Below, one piece after another: positions 1-9,474 of a DNA stretch of 64,000 nucleotides. The stretch's first letter is position 1. Each line of letters begins with the position of its first letter. Origin of the DNA: an uncultured Desulfocicer sp. Its GTDB lineage: Bacteria > Desulfobacterota > Desulfobacteria > Desulfobacterales > Desulfobacteraceae. The notes under the pieces were generated by a model. The model was not told where the DNA came from, ran no database searches, and saw only the letters and a program-made list of their open reading frames with translations. The DNA is taken from NCBI GenBank assembly GCA_964433355.1, contig CAYSSE010000001.1:13976-77975 (forward strand). Reading direction: 5' to 3'. The position numbers were made by a program, and so were the translations under genes.

Positions 1-887
1 TTTCTATAAAAATTACTCAATCCCATAATTGTCCCCAATACGGCAAACAGGCCAATGGGGGCTGCAAAGAACTGAAAGAGACCATGCTGAATGGATTCGG
101 TCAATCTTGGCGGTGCCTTGATACCTAATTTGGGAAATCCGATGTTTTCAAAGGGTTCTGAAGCAATATAGAGCCAGGATGTCCCGCCTACTTCATATTC
201 ACCATAGATATGATTTACATATTTACCAGGCTCTGCTTTTATTCTGGACTTTGCCAGCTTTAACAGATCAATTTTTTTGCCAAAGGTCATCACTTCCATG
301 GGGCAGATCTGGGCACAGGCGGGCAGCCCCCCCTTTTTGAGATTCTCAAAACAGAATGTACATTTTTGAACCTTGGGTGTTAAAGCATTATGATACTCAT
401 AGGCGGGAATTTGAAAGGGACAGGCAACCATGCAGTAACGGCATCCAATGCATTTGTCCGCGTCATAGATAACAGCCCCCTCGGGCTGCTTTGTCAAGGC
501 TCCTACAATACAGGCGGATACACAGGATGGATCGTCACAGTGCATGCACTGAAATTTGACAAAGGTCGGATTTTCACGCCAGGTCAGTGTGCCCACTTTT
601 TGGGGATAGTACTTATTTATAATGGTGTAGGATGTTTCATCGGGCCGTCTCTCTTGCTCAAGAACGACATAATCATCAAATGACAGGTCCGGTTTGGCAA
701 GATTATGCCGTTCGTTGCAAGCTTCCTCACACTTTCTGCAGCCAACGCATAATGTGGTATCAACCAGGCAGCCATATGCATCAGCAGATATTTCAGGCGG
801 ATGGGCAGCATCTGCAGTCGCATTTGATTGAACTAGTGCGGTTGCTGCCATGGTTCCTGACAGCTTAAGAAAATCTCTTCTTTTCAT
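1..887 (-). CDS. Tat-exported 4Fe-4S dicluster electron-transfer subunit (HybA/HmcB-like); 3' end cut by window edge
   Basis: Not in ORF track; hand translation from ATG 887 gives MKRRDFLK (Tat), CVGCRKCEEAC, CMHCDDPSCVSAC, CIGCRYCMVACP, CTFC..PACAQICP and a C-terminal hydrophobic helix. Confidence 0.9.
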   Translation of the reverse strand, partial: MKRRDFLKLSGTMAATALVQSNATADAAHPPEISADAYGCLVDTTLCVGCRKCEEACNERHNLAKPDLSFDDYVVLEQERRPDETSYTIINKYYPQKVGTLTWRENPTFVKFQCMHCDDPSCVSACIVGALTKQPEGAVIYDADKCIGCRYCMVACPFQIPAYEYHNALTPKVQKCTFCFENLKKGGLPACAQICPMEVMTFGKKIDLLKLAKSRIKAEPGKYVNHIYGEYEVGGTSWLYIASEPFENIGFPKLGIKAPPRLTESIQHGLFQFFAAPIGLFAVLGTIMGLSNFYR

Positions 888-2083
888 TCTCCTGTTTCTC
901 CTGGATGTAGCGTGTTAAAATTTTAAAATGTCTTAAAAAAACAAGGCTCATGTTGTGTCTCAGGGCCTTATTTACCATTATTCGCAATAGCATATTAAAA
1001 TTTAACAAAAAATTCCCATAGGCTCAATTTCTATAACCGTCACGAGCGGACCGATATTCTGACCGGGGTCTGCCCACAACAAAGGTTGAAAATTTCTCTG
1101 GTTTTGCCGAAATTTTCTTATAAGGGAATTCAAAACAAATATTCTACCCGTTTTCACTTGAAATATGCCCGTAAATAGGGGATATCAGGTTTGAAAGTGG
1201 GTAGTTTTATTCTTGCGAAGTCCCTAAAGCCTTATGATGACATTTAATCGTTTCAATTTTTTATGGTGAATAAGACCTCGGAATCCAACATGAACCAAAA
1301 ACGATTTATCTGTCAGCCAATTCCAGGCAAATCATTGTCATCTCCTCAAATTGTTTATTTAAAGAGGCTTGATTCATTTTAGGGAGTCATATCTTATTGA
1401 TTTGCTGTTTGTAAAAGACATCCATAATTTTCTAATTTGTGTCTTGATTAAACGGTAGATCAAAAACTTCTGACTCCCATATAACAAAAAAAGGCTACTA
1501 CTGGATAAAAATATACCAGGATGCACAGGATTGTTATCCGTACTTAAGGTGGGATTAGAACCACTATTCATGGAAAATCCCACCTTGAATACGGATAAAA
1601 AAGACAAGCAGGCTGGTATATTCTTTGGCAGAAATAGCCTTAAATTATTTTTCGTCAATTTAAGAATAAACCTTATCTCATGTATACATGAGACCAGACA
1701 TCATCAGGTACAATTTTTGAAAAAATCAAAAAAGGGCAAAATATTTAATTAAAGGGGTGTTGTTTTTTGAAATATATCTACTTTGATCAAGAACAAGTAT
1801 CCAATACAAAGTTGGTCACAGATTCCCGTCAATAGGTAAATAGCGCGTATGAGCACCGGTAATAATTATACAAATTAATTAACTCAGGAATGCAGGTCTA
1901 TGACGACACCGCACAACTTACTGATTCAACTAGTTTACCTATACGTTTGAACCATTGCTCAAACCTTAAAAGATTATATATAACCTACTCAATAAAAAAT
2001 CAAGTAAAATATGAACTATTTTAAATATTACTGCCCTCACCGAGGTGGCGGCCATCTAAAAAAACTGAGGAAATAGAAGACCC

Positions 2084-2375
2084 ATGTCGCTAATAAATCC
2101 AACTTTTATGGAAAAATATAATGTCTTGCCTTTTCTTGAAAAAAAGATTCTACAGATTCTTTCCATTTCCTATGCCAGGGTGACTCAGACCCAGTTGCTT
2201 GCCTGTTTGGTGGCCCTCGACATAAAGACAGACGACGGTAAACACTTTGATGCCGGAACAAAAAACGCCATACTTAAGCGGCTTCGTAATGAGCTTCACG
2301 CACTTTTGGAAGGAGACTTTTTACAGGGGAAAAACCGCAGCGTCCTCGTGGTTAACCGTGTTTATGTTGAAATAT
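2084..2375 (+). pseudogene. 5' fragment of an unidentified gene, fused to the antisense strand of a convergent gene
   Basis: Purine-rich GAGG upstream and a protein-like first ~97 aa; the rest of the ORF is the antisense of the ATPase fragment. Confidence 0.5.
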
Positions 2376-2650
2376 CCTTCCTGCCTGGTGGGGCTCACCA
2401 AGGCCTGGAAATCCCATATTGTATCTCTTAAATTAAATTGGTTTTCCCTGATACTTAAGCACATCAGGAGGAGCGCAGAACATTCAATAATTGAGGTTTT
2501 GCCCAAGCCGTTTTCACTGCCCATAACCAAAATATCTGGGTCTTCAAAAAGCGTTGGCATGGGAAAATCAATTGAAAAGGAGTCTATCCCTTTATAATTT
2601 TTGATGGATATGCTTCTGAGTTTTATGGAAAAATTTTTATCTCCTGCCAT
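2376..2650 (-). pseudogene. 5' fragment of an ABC/SMC-like (AAA_15/AAA_21 type) ATPase
   Basis: GGAGG RBS, typical start KLRSISIKNYKGI, Walker A GSENGLGKTS; no signature or Walker B, lost after ~90 aa. Confidence 0.75.
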
Positions 2651-2750
2651 TATAGACCTCCTGTATCATTCCCCATTCGTATTGTCGCCTGACCGGAACA
2701 CATTAGCAGATTGGGTCTTCTTCTAAGGGTTCATCCGGTCGCTTTTTTGA

Positions 2751-5747
2751 TTACACATACTTCCCTGAAAATTCGTCAAAGGCATTTGTGACGGCAAATT
2801 CAACATCATTACCCAAAGCTTTGAAATGTTCTTTGCCGCAGGCAATTTTTGCTTTTTCATTCGGCCGAAGTCCATCGGTAAACAGAGTACTTTTGGTCTC
2901 AACGACAAAATAGAGTTTCTCTTTTCCATCCACCTCAATCAGCACGGCCCAGTCCGGGTTATAGCCTCCAAGCGGGGTATCTATCTTGAACCAATTCGGA
3001 AGTTTGGCATAAAGCTTAATGTCATCGCTTTTTTCAAAAGATGTGGCAAATTCAAGCTCTATGTCAGAATCATACACCACATGATCAAAAACCGATTTTT
3101 TGGTTTCCACCATGTTTTTCTTCAGGTAGCCAAAAAGTTCCTTCTCATTGAAGAGTTCCTGGGCATAATAGTGATCATCCCCCATCTTATGATATTTGAT
3201 TCCATCCACCACAAACAAGCGCATCTGGTGCTGAATGATGGTTGAAACCTGCTCTATGAACTTTTGAGGATTATTTTTGAATGACTCCAGATGTCCACTG
3301 TCATTGATAATTTTTACAATGGTTCGTCGGGTCAGATTGGTTTCGTTCTGGAGGTAAGTAATCAGGTCCGGGAGTTCGAAAGAGCGGGCATCAAATACAA
3401 TGGCGGCTTCCTGAACCTTTTCGGCATGTACGCCGCCACGGTCAATTTCCGTTTTGGCTTTACGGTAAAGAAACCGGGCTTTACCCACCTGAAGGTTGGC
3501 TTTGATCTCTTTGGCACATTTTGCGATAAGAGCGTCAACGTCAAAATCAACCCTGAAAGTCGTCTTGTATTTAATTCGGTTCCAGAGCTGTTTGAATTCG
3601 TCACTCAAGAAAACCGCCTTGTTCAGCAATACCTTTTTCTTGTTGGCACTATCTTTGATATTGAGGTTGCCGGACACCTTTTTGAGGACAGCAGTGATTT
3701 GGGGTGTATGAACTTGAAATTTTTCCGGCAGTTCCAGCTCTCCTGTTTTCAATGCTGTTTTCAGGGAATCTTGTATTTTACCTTTATTATCAATATACCC
3801 CTGGGTTTTCAGGTGGTTCCAGAGTACCTTTGATTCCTCAACGCCAAGATATTCATTGGTGTAATCATCAATGGGAATGACAATGTTTGCAAAAAGATGA
3901 TCTTCCACAACCCCGAATTTGATGCCTTCTTCCTGTTCAATCTCTTTCTGTAATTCTTCGGCAAATTTTTCATAGGATTCATTGGCCATAACGGTAAGCG
4001 TGTTCACCTCAAATCCATGAACACGTTCCCCATCCTGATTCACGGCGATGCGAAGCCCCCTGCCAATTTCCTGACGTTTTTTGATAACAGAGTTTGTTTC
4101 ATTGAGGGTACAGATCTGAAAAACATTTGGATTATCCCATCCTTCTTTCAGGGCAGAGTGGGAAAAAATAAACTTTAGCTTGGAATCAAAACTGAGCAGC
4201 TTTTCCTTGTCTTTCATAATCAGGTTGTAAGCGCTTTCATCTGCTGCTGTCTTCCCAGAGGCATCCTTTAATCTTTCATTCCCTGAAGTGTCCTTCTTCT
4301 TGTCAATGGCAAAATAGCCGTTATGCACCCCGGCTGCTTCTGTATCAAGGTCTGCGCCTTCAAAGAGGGTGTGATACTTCGGTTTTCGGATAGCCCGGTC
4401 ATATTCCTCTTCAAACATCAAGGCGAGTTTACCCTTTTTCGGATTACCTTCTTCATCGTAGGACCGGTAATTGGCAACTCTGTCAATGAAAAAAAGACTG
4501 AGCACCTTTATCCCCTGGGGTTTCAGTCGCACCTCTTTATCCAGATGCTCCTCAATGGTTTTGCGGATCTGTAGGCGTTTGTACTCATCGGGGTCAACCT
4601 CTCCGATGGCCTGACCCAGCTTCAGGATATCCGGCTTACTGGTGAAACTGATGTATTCGTTGCCTTTTTCGCAGTAGATGTCGTCGATGATATACCCATC
4701 ATAAATATCACGGCCACCACTGTACTTTGCATCCATAAGATCAGCACCGCTGGATACAGTAATTGCTTTGCGTTTGATGCTGCCACTTTTCAAGCGGCAA
4801 TCCATCTCTATTTTTGCTGTGATGGGGCTCTTTTTATTGCTAACGCTTAACAGTTTTATGTAGGCTTTATTGTGGCCATCCTTGACTTCAATTCCAGCTA
4901 CTTCGATCTGTTTAACCAGTTTCTGTTCGTAGGCATCAACAGAATCGAGCTTGTAGAGCATGTGGTGTTTATCCACATGGGTGGCGGAATAGCGCAGGGT
5001 ACAAAGCGGATTAAGCGATGCAATGGCCACTTTGCTTTTTGCGGTGGTATCAACACTCTGGGGCTCATCCACAATAAGAATGGGATTGGTGGCCTGAATG
5101 TATTCAATGGGCTTTGCCCCGGTCATGCGGTCATGGGAACGGTGGATGATGTTTGCTTTGTTTTCCTTTGCCGGATCAGAGAAACTCTTTTTAAAGGCAT
5201 CAATATTGATCACCATGATCTGAATATCCGGGCTGGTGGCAAAGTTTCTCACATTGGAAAGCTTGCTGGAGTTATAGACAAAGTAGTCAAAGCTGACATT
5301 ACCATAGAGTTCACGGAAATGATCCACTGTGATTTGCAGCGACTTGTATACCCCTTCCTTGATGGCGATGGATGGCACAACAATAATAAACTTGGTGAAG
5401 CCGTAACGCCGGTTCATTTCAAAGACAGACCGGAGATAGACATAGGTCTTTCCGGTGCCGGTCTCCATCTCCACAGTGAAATCCATGGAATTCAATTTCT
5501 CGGAAGGAGCCAGGCCATTTTTCAGCTGAATCCTGCGGATATTTTTATGAATATCTTCGTCCAACAGTTTCAACCGGTTACCTACGCCCAGATCATTTTC
5601 CATGCCCGGGATGACCTGCTGGGGGGTAAATTGCAAAGGAGCCACGGTAAAATTTGTCTGGCAGATTTCCTGTCCTTCAAAGACACCGGTTACTGATTCT
5701 ATGGCCTGTCTCTGGTAGTCCAGGTTCGGGTCAAATTGTATTTTCAT
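2751..5747 (-). CDS. res: Type III restriction enzyme Res subunit
   Basis: METGTGKT, DEPQ, LRYSAT, HSALKEGWDNPNVF, QEIGRGLR, C-terminal YNPDW...VETK nuclease motif. Confidence 0.95.
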   Translation of the reverse strand: MKIQFDPNLDYQRQAIESVTGVFEGQEICQTNFTVAPLQFTPQQVIPGMENDLGVGNRLKLLDEDIHKNIRRIQLKNGLAPSEKLNSMDFTVEMETGTGKTYVYLRSVFEMNRRYGFTKFIIVVPSIAIKEGVYKSLQITVDHFRELYGNVSFDYFVYNSSKLSNVRNFATSPDIQIMVINIDAFKKSFSDPAKENKANIIHRSHDRMTGAKPIEYIQATNPILIVDEPQSVDTTAKSKVAIASLNPLCTLRYSATHVDKHHMLYKLDSVDAYEQKLVKQIEVAGIEVKDGHNKAYIKLLSVSNKKSPITAKIEMDCRLKSGSIKRKAITVSSGADLMDAKYSGGRDIYDGYIIDDIYCEKGNEYISFTSKPDILKLGQAIGEVDPDEYKRLQIRKTIEEHLDKEVRLKPQGIKVLSLFFIDRVANYRSYDEEGNPKKGKLALMFEEEYDRAIRKPKYHTLFEGADLDTEAAGVHNGYFAIDKKKDTSGNERLKDASGKTAADESAYNLIMKDKEKLLSFDSKLKFIFSHSALKEGWDNPNVFQICTLNETNSVIKKRQEIGRGLRIAVNQDGERVHGFEVNTLTVMANESYEKFAEELQKEIEQEEGIKFGVVEDHLFANIVIPIDDYTNEYLGVEESKVLWNHLKTQGYIDNKGKIQDSLKTALKTGELELPEKFQVHTPQITAVLKKVSGNLNIKDSANKKKVLLNKAVFLSDEFKQLWNRIKYKTTFRVDFDVDALIAKCAKEIKANLQVGKARFLYRKAKTEIDRGGVHAEKVQEAAIVFDARSFELPDLITYLQNETNLTRRTIVKIINDSGHLESFKNNPQKFIEQVSTIIQHQMRLFVVDGIKYHKMGDDHYYAQELFNEKELFGYLKKNMVETKKSVFDHVVYDSDIELEFATSFEKSDDIKLYAKLPNWFKIDTPLGGYNPDWAVLIEVDGKEKLYFVVETKSTLFTDGLRPNEKAKIACGKEHFKALGNDVEFAVTNAFDEFSGKYV

Positions 5748-6817
5748 TGCACCCCTCTTTTTTTAGAGGCTTCTATTTGCTTAAGTTCTTTTTCGGCTTC
5801 AATAAAATGCTTTTCCACTTCCGTGGGTTCTTCCAGTTGCTTCACTCTGTATTTTTCATATTCCGCATGCGCTTTGTTGAGTGCCGCTTCATGGCTTATT
5901 TTGCCAGCATGGGTTAACAATTCCCGCCCTGTCATGGTTAGAAATTGCTGCAAACGTTCAATCCAATCCTGCATCGTCATGGGATTTCGGTTCAATGCCT
6001 GAAGTTCAGCCATTTCAAGATAAGCAGTCACAATCCTGTTTAGAATATTCAATTCTTCTTCAGTTAGATAATTTTTGGCAATCTCTACGTCCCTTTTGAG
6101 CAATTTGTTACCTGGATAATTAGTGATTCCCATCTGGGGTTCTTGGGCATCAGCCCGCTGGTAAATTAATTCTGGAGCTGTGTGGCCATGCGTTGCCCAG
6201 TGCATCTTATTTTGAACCTGCTTGAAGAACATTTTTGAGGTTTCAGATTTTGAATTATAATCAATGCTGGTGGCATATATATCCAGCACTTTACGCCAAA
6301 ACACTTTTTCCGAGGAGCGGATGTCCCGGATGCGGGCAAGCAACTCTTCAAAATAACGTCCACCACCAGGTTCTTTAAGACGCTCATCGTCCATGGTGTA
6401 TCCTTTGACAATGTATTCTTTGAGTCGTTCTGTCGCCCACATGCGGAACTGAGTGCCACGGATGCTGTTGACTCGGTATCCCACAGAGATAATAGCATCA
6501 AGATTATAGTACTCCAACTCTCTGGATATACTACGATTACCTTCATTTTGAACTGTTGCAGATTTTGCAACAGTTGCCTCCTTTGACAATTCACCACTAC
6601 TGAAAATGTTTTTTAAATGCCTGCTTATTCCGGACTTATCAACGCCAAACAGTTCCGCCATTTGATTTATCGTTAACCAGATGGTTTCATCTTGAAGTCT
6701 CACTTCCAGCTTCATTTCGCCATCTTTGCCATGATAAATCAACAGCTCACCCTTTAAAGGTAGCATTTCGTGCTCTTGTGTCGTTCCCTTTTTACTTTGT
6801 GCCTTTTCGTGGTTCAT
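5744..6817 (-). CDS. rhuM: Virulence RhuM family protein
   Basis: YYNLDAIISVGYRVNS, FRMWAT, RIRDIRSSEKVF, QNKMHWA, AKNYL motifs. Confidence 0.9.
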   Translation of the reverse strand: MNHEKAQSKKGTTQEHEMLPLKGELLIYHGKDGEMKLEVRLQDETIWLTINQMAELFGVDKSGISRHLKNIFSSGELSKEATVAKSATVQNEGNRSISRELEYYNLDAIISVGYRVNSIRGTQFRMWATERLKEYIVKGYTMDDERLKEPGGGRYFEELLARIRDIRSSEKVFWRKVLDIYATSIDYNSKSETSKMFFKQVQNKMHWATHGHTAPELIYQRADAQEPQMGITNYPGNKLLKRDVEIAKNYLTEEELNILNRIVTAYLEMAELQALNRNPMTMQDWIERLQQFLTMTGRELLTHAGKISHEAALNKAHAEYEKYRVKQLEEPTEVEKHFIEAEKELKQIEASKKRGVQ

Positions 6818-6818
6818 T

Positions 6819-8702
6819 TTATAAGCTCCTCACATCTTCAATGCCAGCCTGCTTGAGGTTCTGAACCGCATTGGTTTTGACCACGTCATTCTTGAACCCG
6901 GAGTCTTTGAATACCACCCGCATGATTTCGGGTTTGAGCTTATCCTTGAGTGTTGCAATGCCCTCAACCACCTCCAGGTTGATGGTATCTGAAAGGCAAA
7001 TAATCAAAGCCCCCATACCAATATCGAAAACTTTTTGCCCGGCAATGATGCGCTCTGTGATGGGCAAAGTCAGATCAAGGCCGTATTTAAGCAGGACTTC
7101 GTAAAGGACATCTTCTTCCCGGCGGTCGGGCTTGATGTTTGTAATGAAGTCTTCAAGGGTTTTTTCGGTGAGGTCAAAATCAACTTCCCATGGTTTGATG
7201 TTGGTGGAGTCGAGTTTGAAGACCTTGAAGCCAAGGTCGTTGCTATAATCGGGATTCTCTTGTTTTATTTTGGTCCCTGCGCGGCGGATGCGTTCTTTGC
7301 TGATCTCTGCGATTGTCGGAGGTTTTTTGTTTATTTTACAAAATTCCAATGCATGCTTGCTATCTTTATCTTTTGGATTGATTCTTTCAGGTATTTGAAC
7401 TCCCCAGTAAACACGATCAGTTCCTTCTTCTTGGTTCAACTCATAAACTGCTTGACCTATTCCACCTGAACCAAAAAAGAAGTCAAGAATCATATCTCCT
7501 TCCTTCAGAGTGGAAAGTTTTATTAATGACTTGAGAAGTTGAAGTGGTTTTGGATTATCAAAAACGCCTTCTTTGCCTAACAGTTTTTTTAATTCTGCAG
7601 ACCCGTCTTGATTGCTGCCAAATTTCTCATGTGGAAAAAAATTGATACCTGCTTGCCCAGACTTTATTGCTTCATCAAGATAGATTTTAATTCGAGGGTA
7701 ACCATTCCCTCCACCTGTCCAATGTACGCGGTTATTTTTTATATGCTCTTCAAATGTTTCAAAATTTCCATACCAAGTTTCCTCATAAACTTTTCCAGTT
7801 GGAGTCTGGAGTTTATATGTGCTCCCCCCTCTACCTACTGCTGCTTTCCAAGGATTTGATGTCCAAGGCCCTTTAGGATCATTGTCTGAATTTTTATAAT
7901 CCGCAATTCTTTCCTCGGACAAGGGCAAACCATAATATGTATTTAGTTCTTTTAATTTCGCAGAATTTTTAGCAAAAACAAGAATATATTCTGCAACCTT
8001 TGCAATCATCTTAGATTTATCATTTGGCTGATTATGTCGCCTGCGCCAACTAATTTGAGCCTCAAAATTCTCCTCTCCAAAAATATCATCGCACATCTTT
8101 CGGAGATTAGAAACTTCATTATCATCAATACTGATGAATATCACCCCATCATCTTTCAGTAGATTTCTCGCCAGCTTCAATCGAGGATACATCATATTCA
8201 ACCAATCCGTATGATAGCGTCCACTGGTTTCAGGATTGTTAGAAAGATTTTTCCCTTCTCCATCCACTTGGCCGGTGATTTGTTTGTAATTCATGATGTT
8301 ATCTTTGAAATTGTCTTTATACACAAAATCCTTACCCGTGTTGTAAGGCGGATCAATATAAATCATTTTTACTTTTTTATGGTAACTCTTCTGCAGGAGC
8401 TTGAGTACTTCAAGGTTGTCTCCTTCAATGAACATATTTTGGGTTTTTTCCCAATCCACAGATTCCTCAGGGCAAGGTCGCAGAGTTCCGGTGCTGGGGG
8501 TCTGGGCAATCATCCGGGCCTTGCTTTTACCATTCCAAGTGAAGCTGTAGCGTTCGTCCTGGGTCTCCACAAACTCACCAAGCAGCTCTTTCAAAGCGTC
8601 AAAATCCACCTTGCCCTCGGTAAAGGCTTCAGGAAAAAGTTTTTTGAGATTACCAATGTTCTCGGCTACAATATCCATTGTTTTTCCATCCATTTTTTTC
8701 AT
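6819..8702 (-). CDS. mod: Type III R-M adenine methyltransferase Mod subunit
   Basis: IEGDNLEVLK, IYIDPPYNTG (motif IV), WLNMMYPRL, ILDFFFGSG (motif I), GFKVFKL; upstream of res. Confidence 0.95.
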   Translation of the reverse strand: MKKMDGKTMDIVAENIGNLKKLFPEAFTEGKVDFDALKELLGEFVETQDERYSFTWNGKSKARMIAQTPSTGTLRPCPEESVDWEKTQNMFIEGDNLEVLKLLQKSYHKKVKMIYIDPPYNTGKDFVYKDNFKDNIMNYKQITGQVDGEGKNLSNNPETSGRYHTDWLNMMYPRLKLARNLLKDDGVIFISIDDNEVSNLRKMCDDIFGEENFEAQISWRRRHNQPNDKSKMIAKVAEYILVFAKNSAKLKELNTYYGLPLSEERIADYKNSDNDPKGPWTSNPWKAAVGRGGSTYKLQTPTGKVYEETWYGNFETFEEHIKNNRVHWTGGGNGYPRIKIYLDEAIKSGQAGINFFPHEKFGSNQDGSAELKKLLGKEGVFDNPKPLQLLKSLIKLSTLKEGDMILDFFFGSGGIGQAVYELNQEEGTDRVYWGVQIPERINPKDKDSKHALEFCKINKKPPTIAEISKERIRRAGTKIKQENPDYSNDLGFKVFKLDSTNIKPWEVDFDLTEKTLEDFITNIKPDRREEDVLYEVLLKYGLDLTLPITERIIAGQKVFDIGMGALIICLSDTINLEVVEGIATLKDKLKPEIMRVVFKDSGFKNDVVKTNAVQNLKQAGIEDVRSL

Positions 8703-8715
8703 GATAAAAACCTCT

Positions 8716-9474
8716 TTATTTCAGGCTCGCAGCCAATTGTTTAAACACTTGTTCAGATTCCTTGATTTGTATATTCAGCTCCACCTGATGGTTAAAAGCC
8801 GCTTTTTTGAGCTGCACCCGCAGCTCTGATATGTTTGATTCAATCTCACGGCAGCGTGCCAAACGGTCCATGCGATCCCCTGCCTTGCCCATGGTAAACG
8901 AGCCGGAAAGCAGTGCGCACTCATATCCGGTGAACCGGTCTATCCATGCCTTATATAAGGCCCCGTAGTGATGAAGAGGAAGGGTATTCCAGGCAAGGGA
9001 ATCAATGAAAGCAAATTCCTGCTCTTTTAACTGATCTACAGTCATCCATCCAGTGGTAAAGAACCGCTCTGCCACAAAAGCGCCTTGTTCTGCCTGGCTG
9101 AAGCGTTTGGGGGCAATGCTTAAGCTAACTTTATTTGATTCACTACAGAATCCAAGCAGCAAAGGGTAAGGGATTGCCCGGTGAATCATCTCGGCAATGC
9201 GTTTGTGCCCTTTCGGTGAAATAAGTTCAATCTGGAGGATGGCCACTTCCAAATATTCCCTTTCATGATCTTTAAAGGGCAAAACCGGACAGGTTGAGGG
9301 CTTCAGGGTATATTTCCAGTAAACGTTTTTTACGTTTTCTTTGAACAGCTTTTTATCCCTGGCAACCAGATGACCCATTTCCAGAAACTGTTTTTTGGGA
9401 ACACGCTTACATAGAAGAGAGGCTTCAGGAAAGGAAATTTTGTTCCAGGCATATTCAATAGCCTTAGTCATCAT
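8716..9474 (-). CDS. DUF4391 family protein
   Basis: Size, REYLEVAIL..IHRAIPYP motif, C-terminal coiled coil FNHQVELN; canonical position between SNF2 helicase and mod. Confidence 0.8.
   Translation of the reverse strand: MMTKAIEYAWNKISFPEASLLCKRVPKKQFLEMGHLVARDKKLFKENVKNVYWKYTLKPSTCPVLPFKDHEREYLEVAILQIELISPKGHKRIAEMIHRAIPYPLLLGFCSESNKVSLSIAPKRFSQAEQGAFVAERFFTTGWMTVDQLKEQEFAFIDSLAWNTLPLHHYGALYKAWIDRFTGYECALLSGSFTMGKAGDRMDRLARCREIESNISELRVQLKKAAFNHQVELNIQIKESEQVFKQLAASLK

Noticed and set aside
390-868. Short ORFs 390-683, 617-823 and 632-868
   Set aside because: Shadows of the real minus-strand FeS gene, which the track misses because it runs off the window
888-2083. 1.2 kb AT-rich gap with ORFs 1374-1658 and 1531-1752; possible ncRNA or sigma54 promoter
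   Set aside because: No motif, convincing RBS, stable structure or correctly spaced GG-N10-GC motif found; treated as a regulatory region
4872-5696. 274 aa plus-strand ORF and similar antisense ORFs across the large genes
   Set aside because: Antisense to well-supported genes and without motifs of their own
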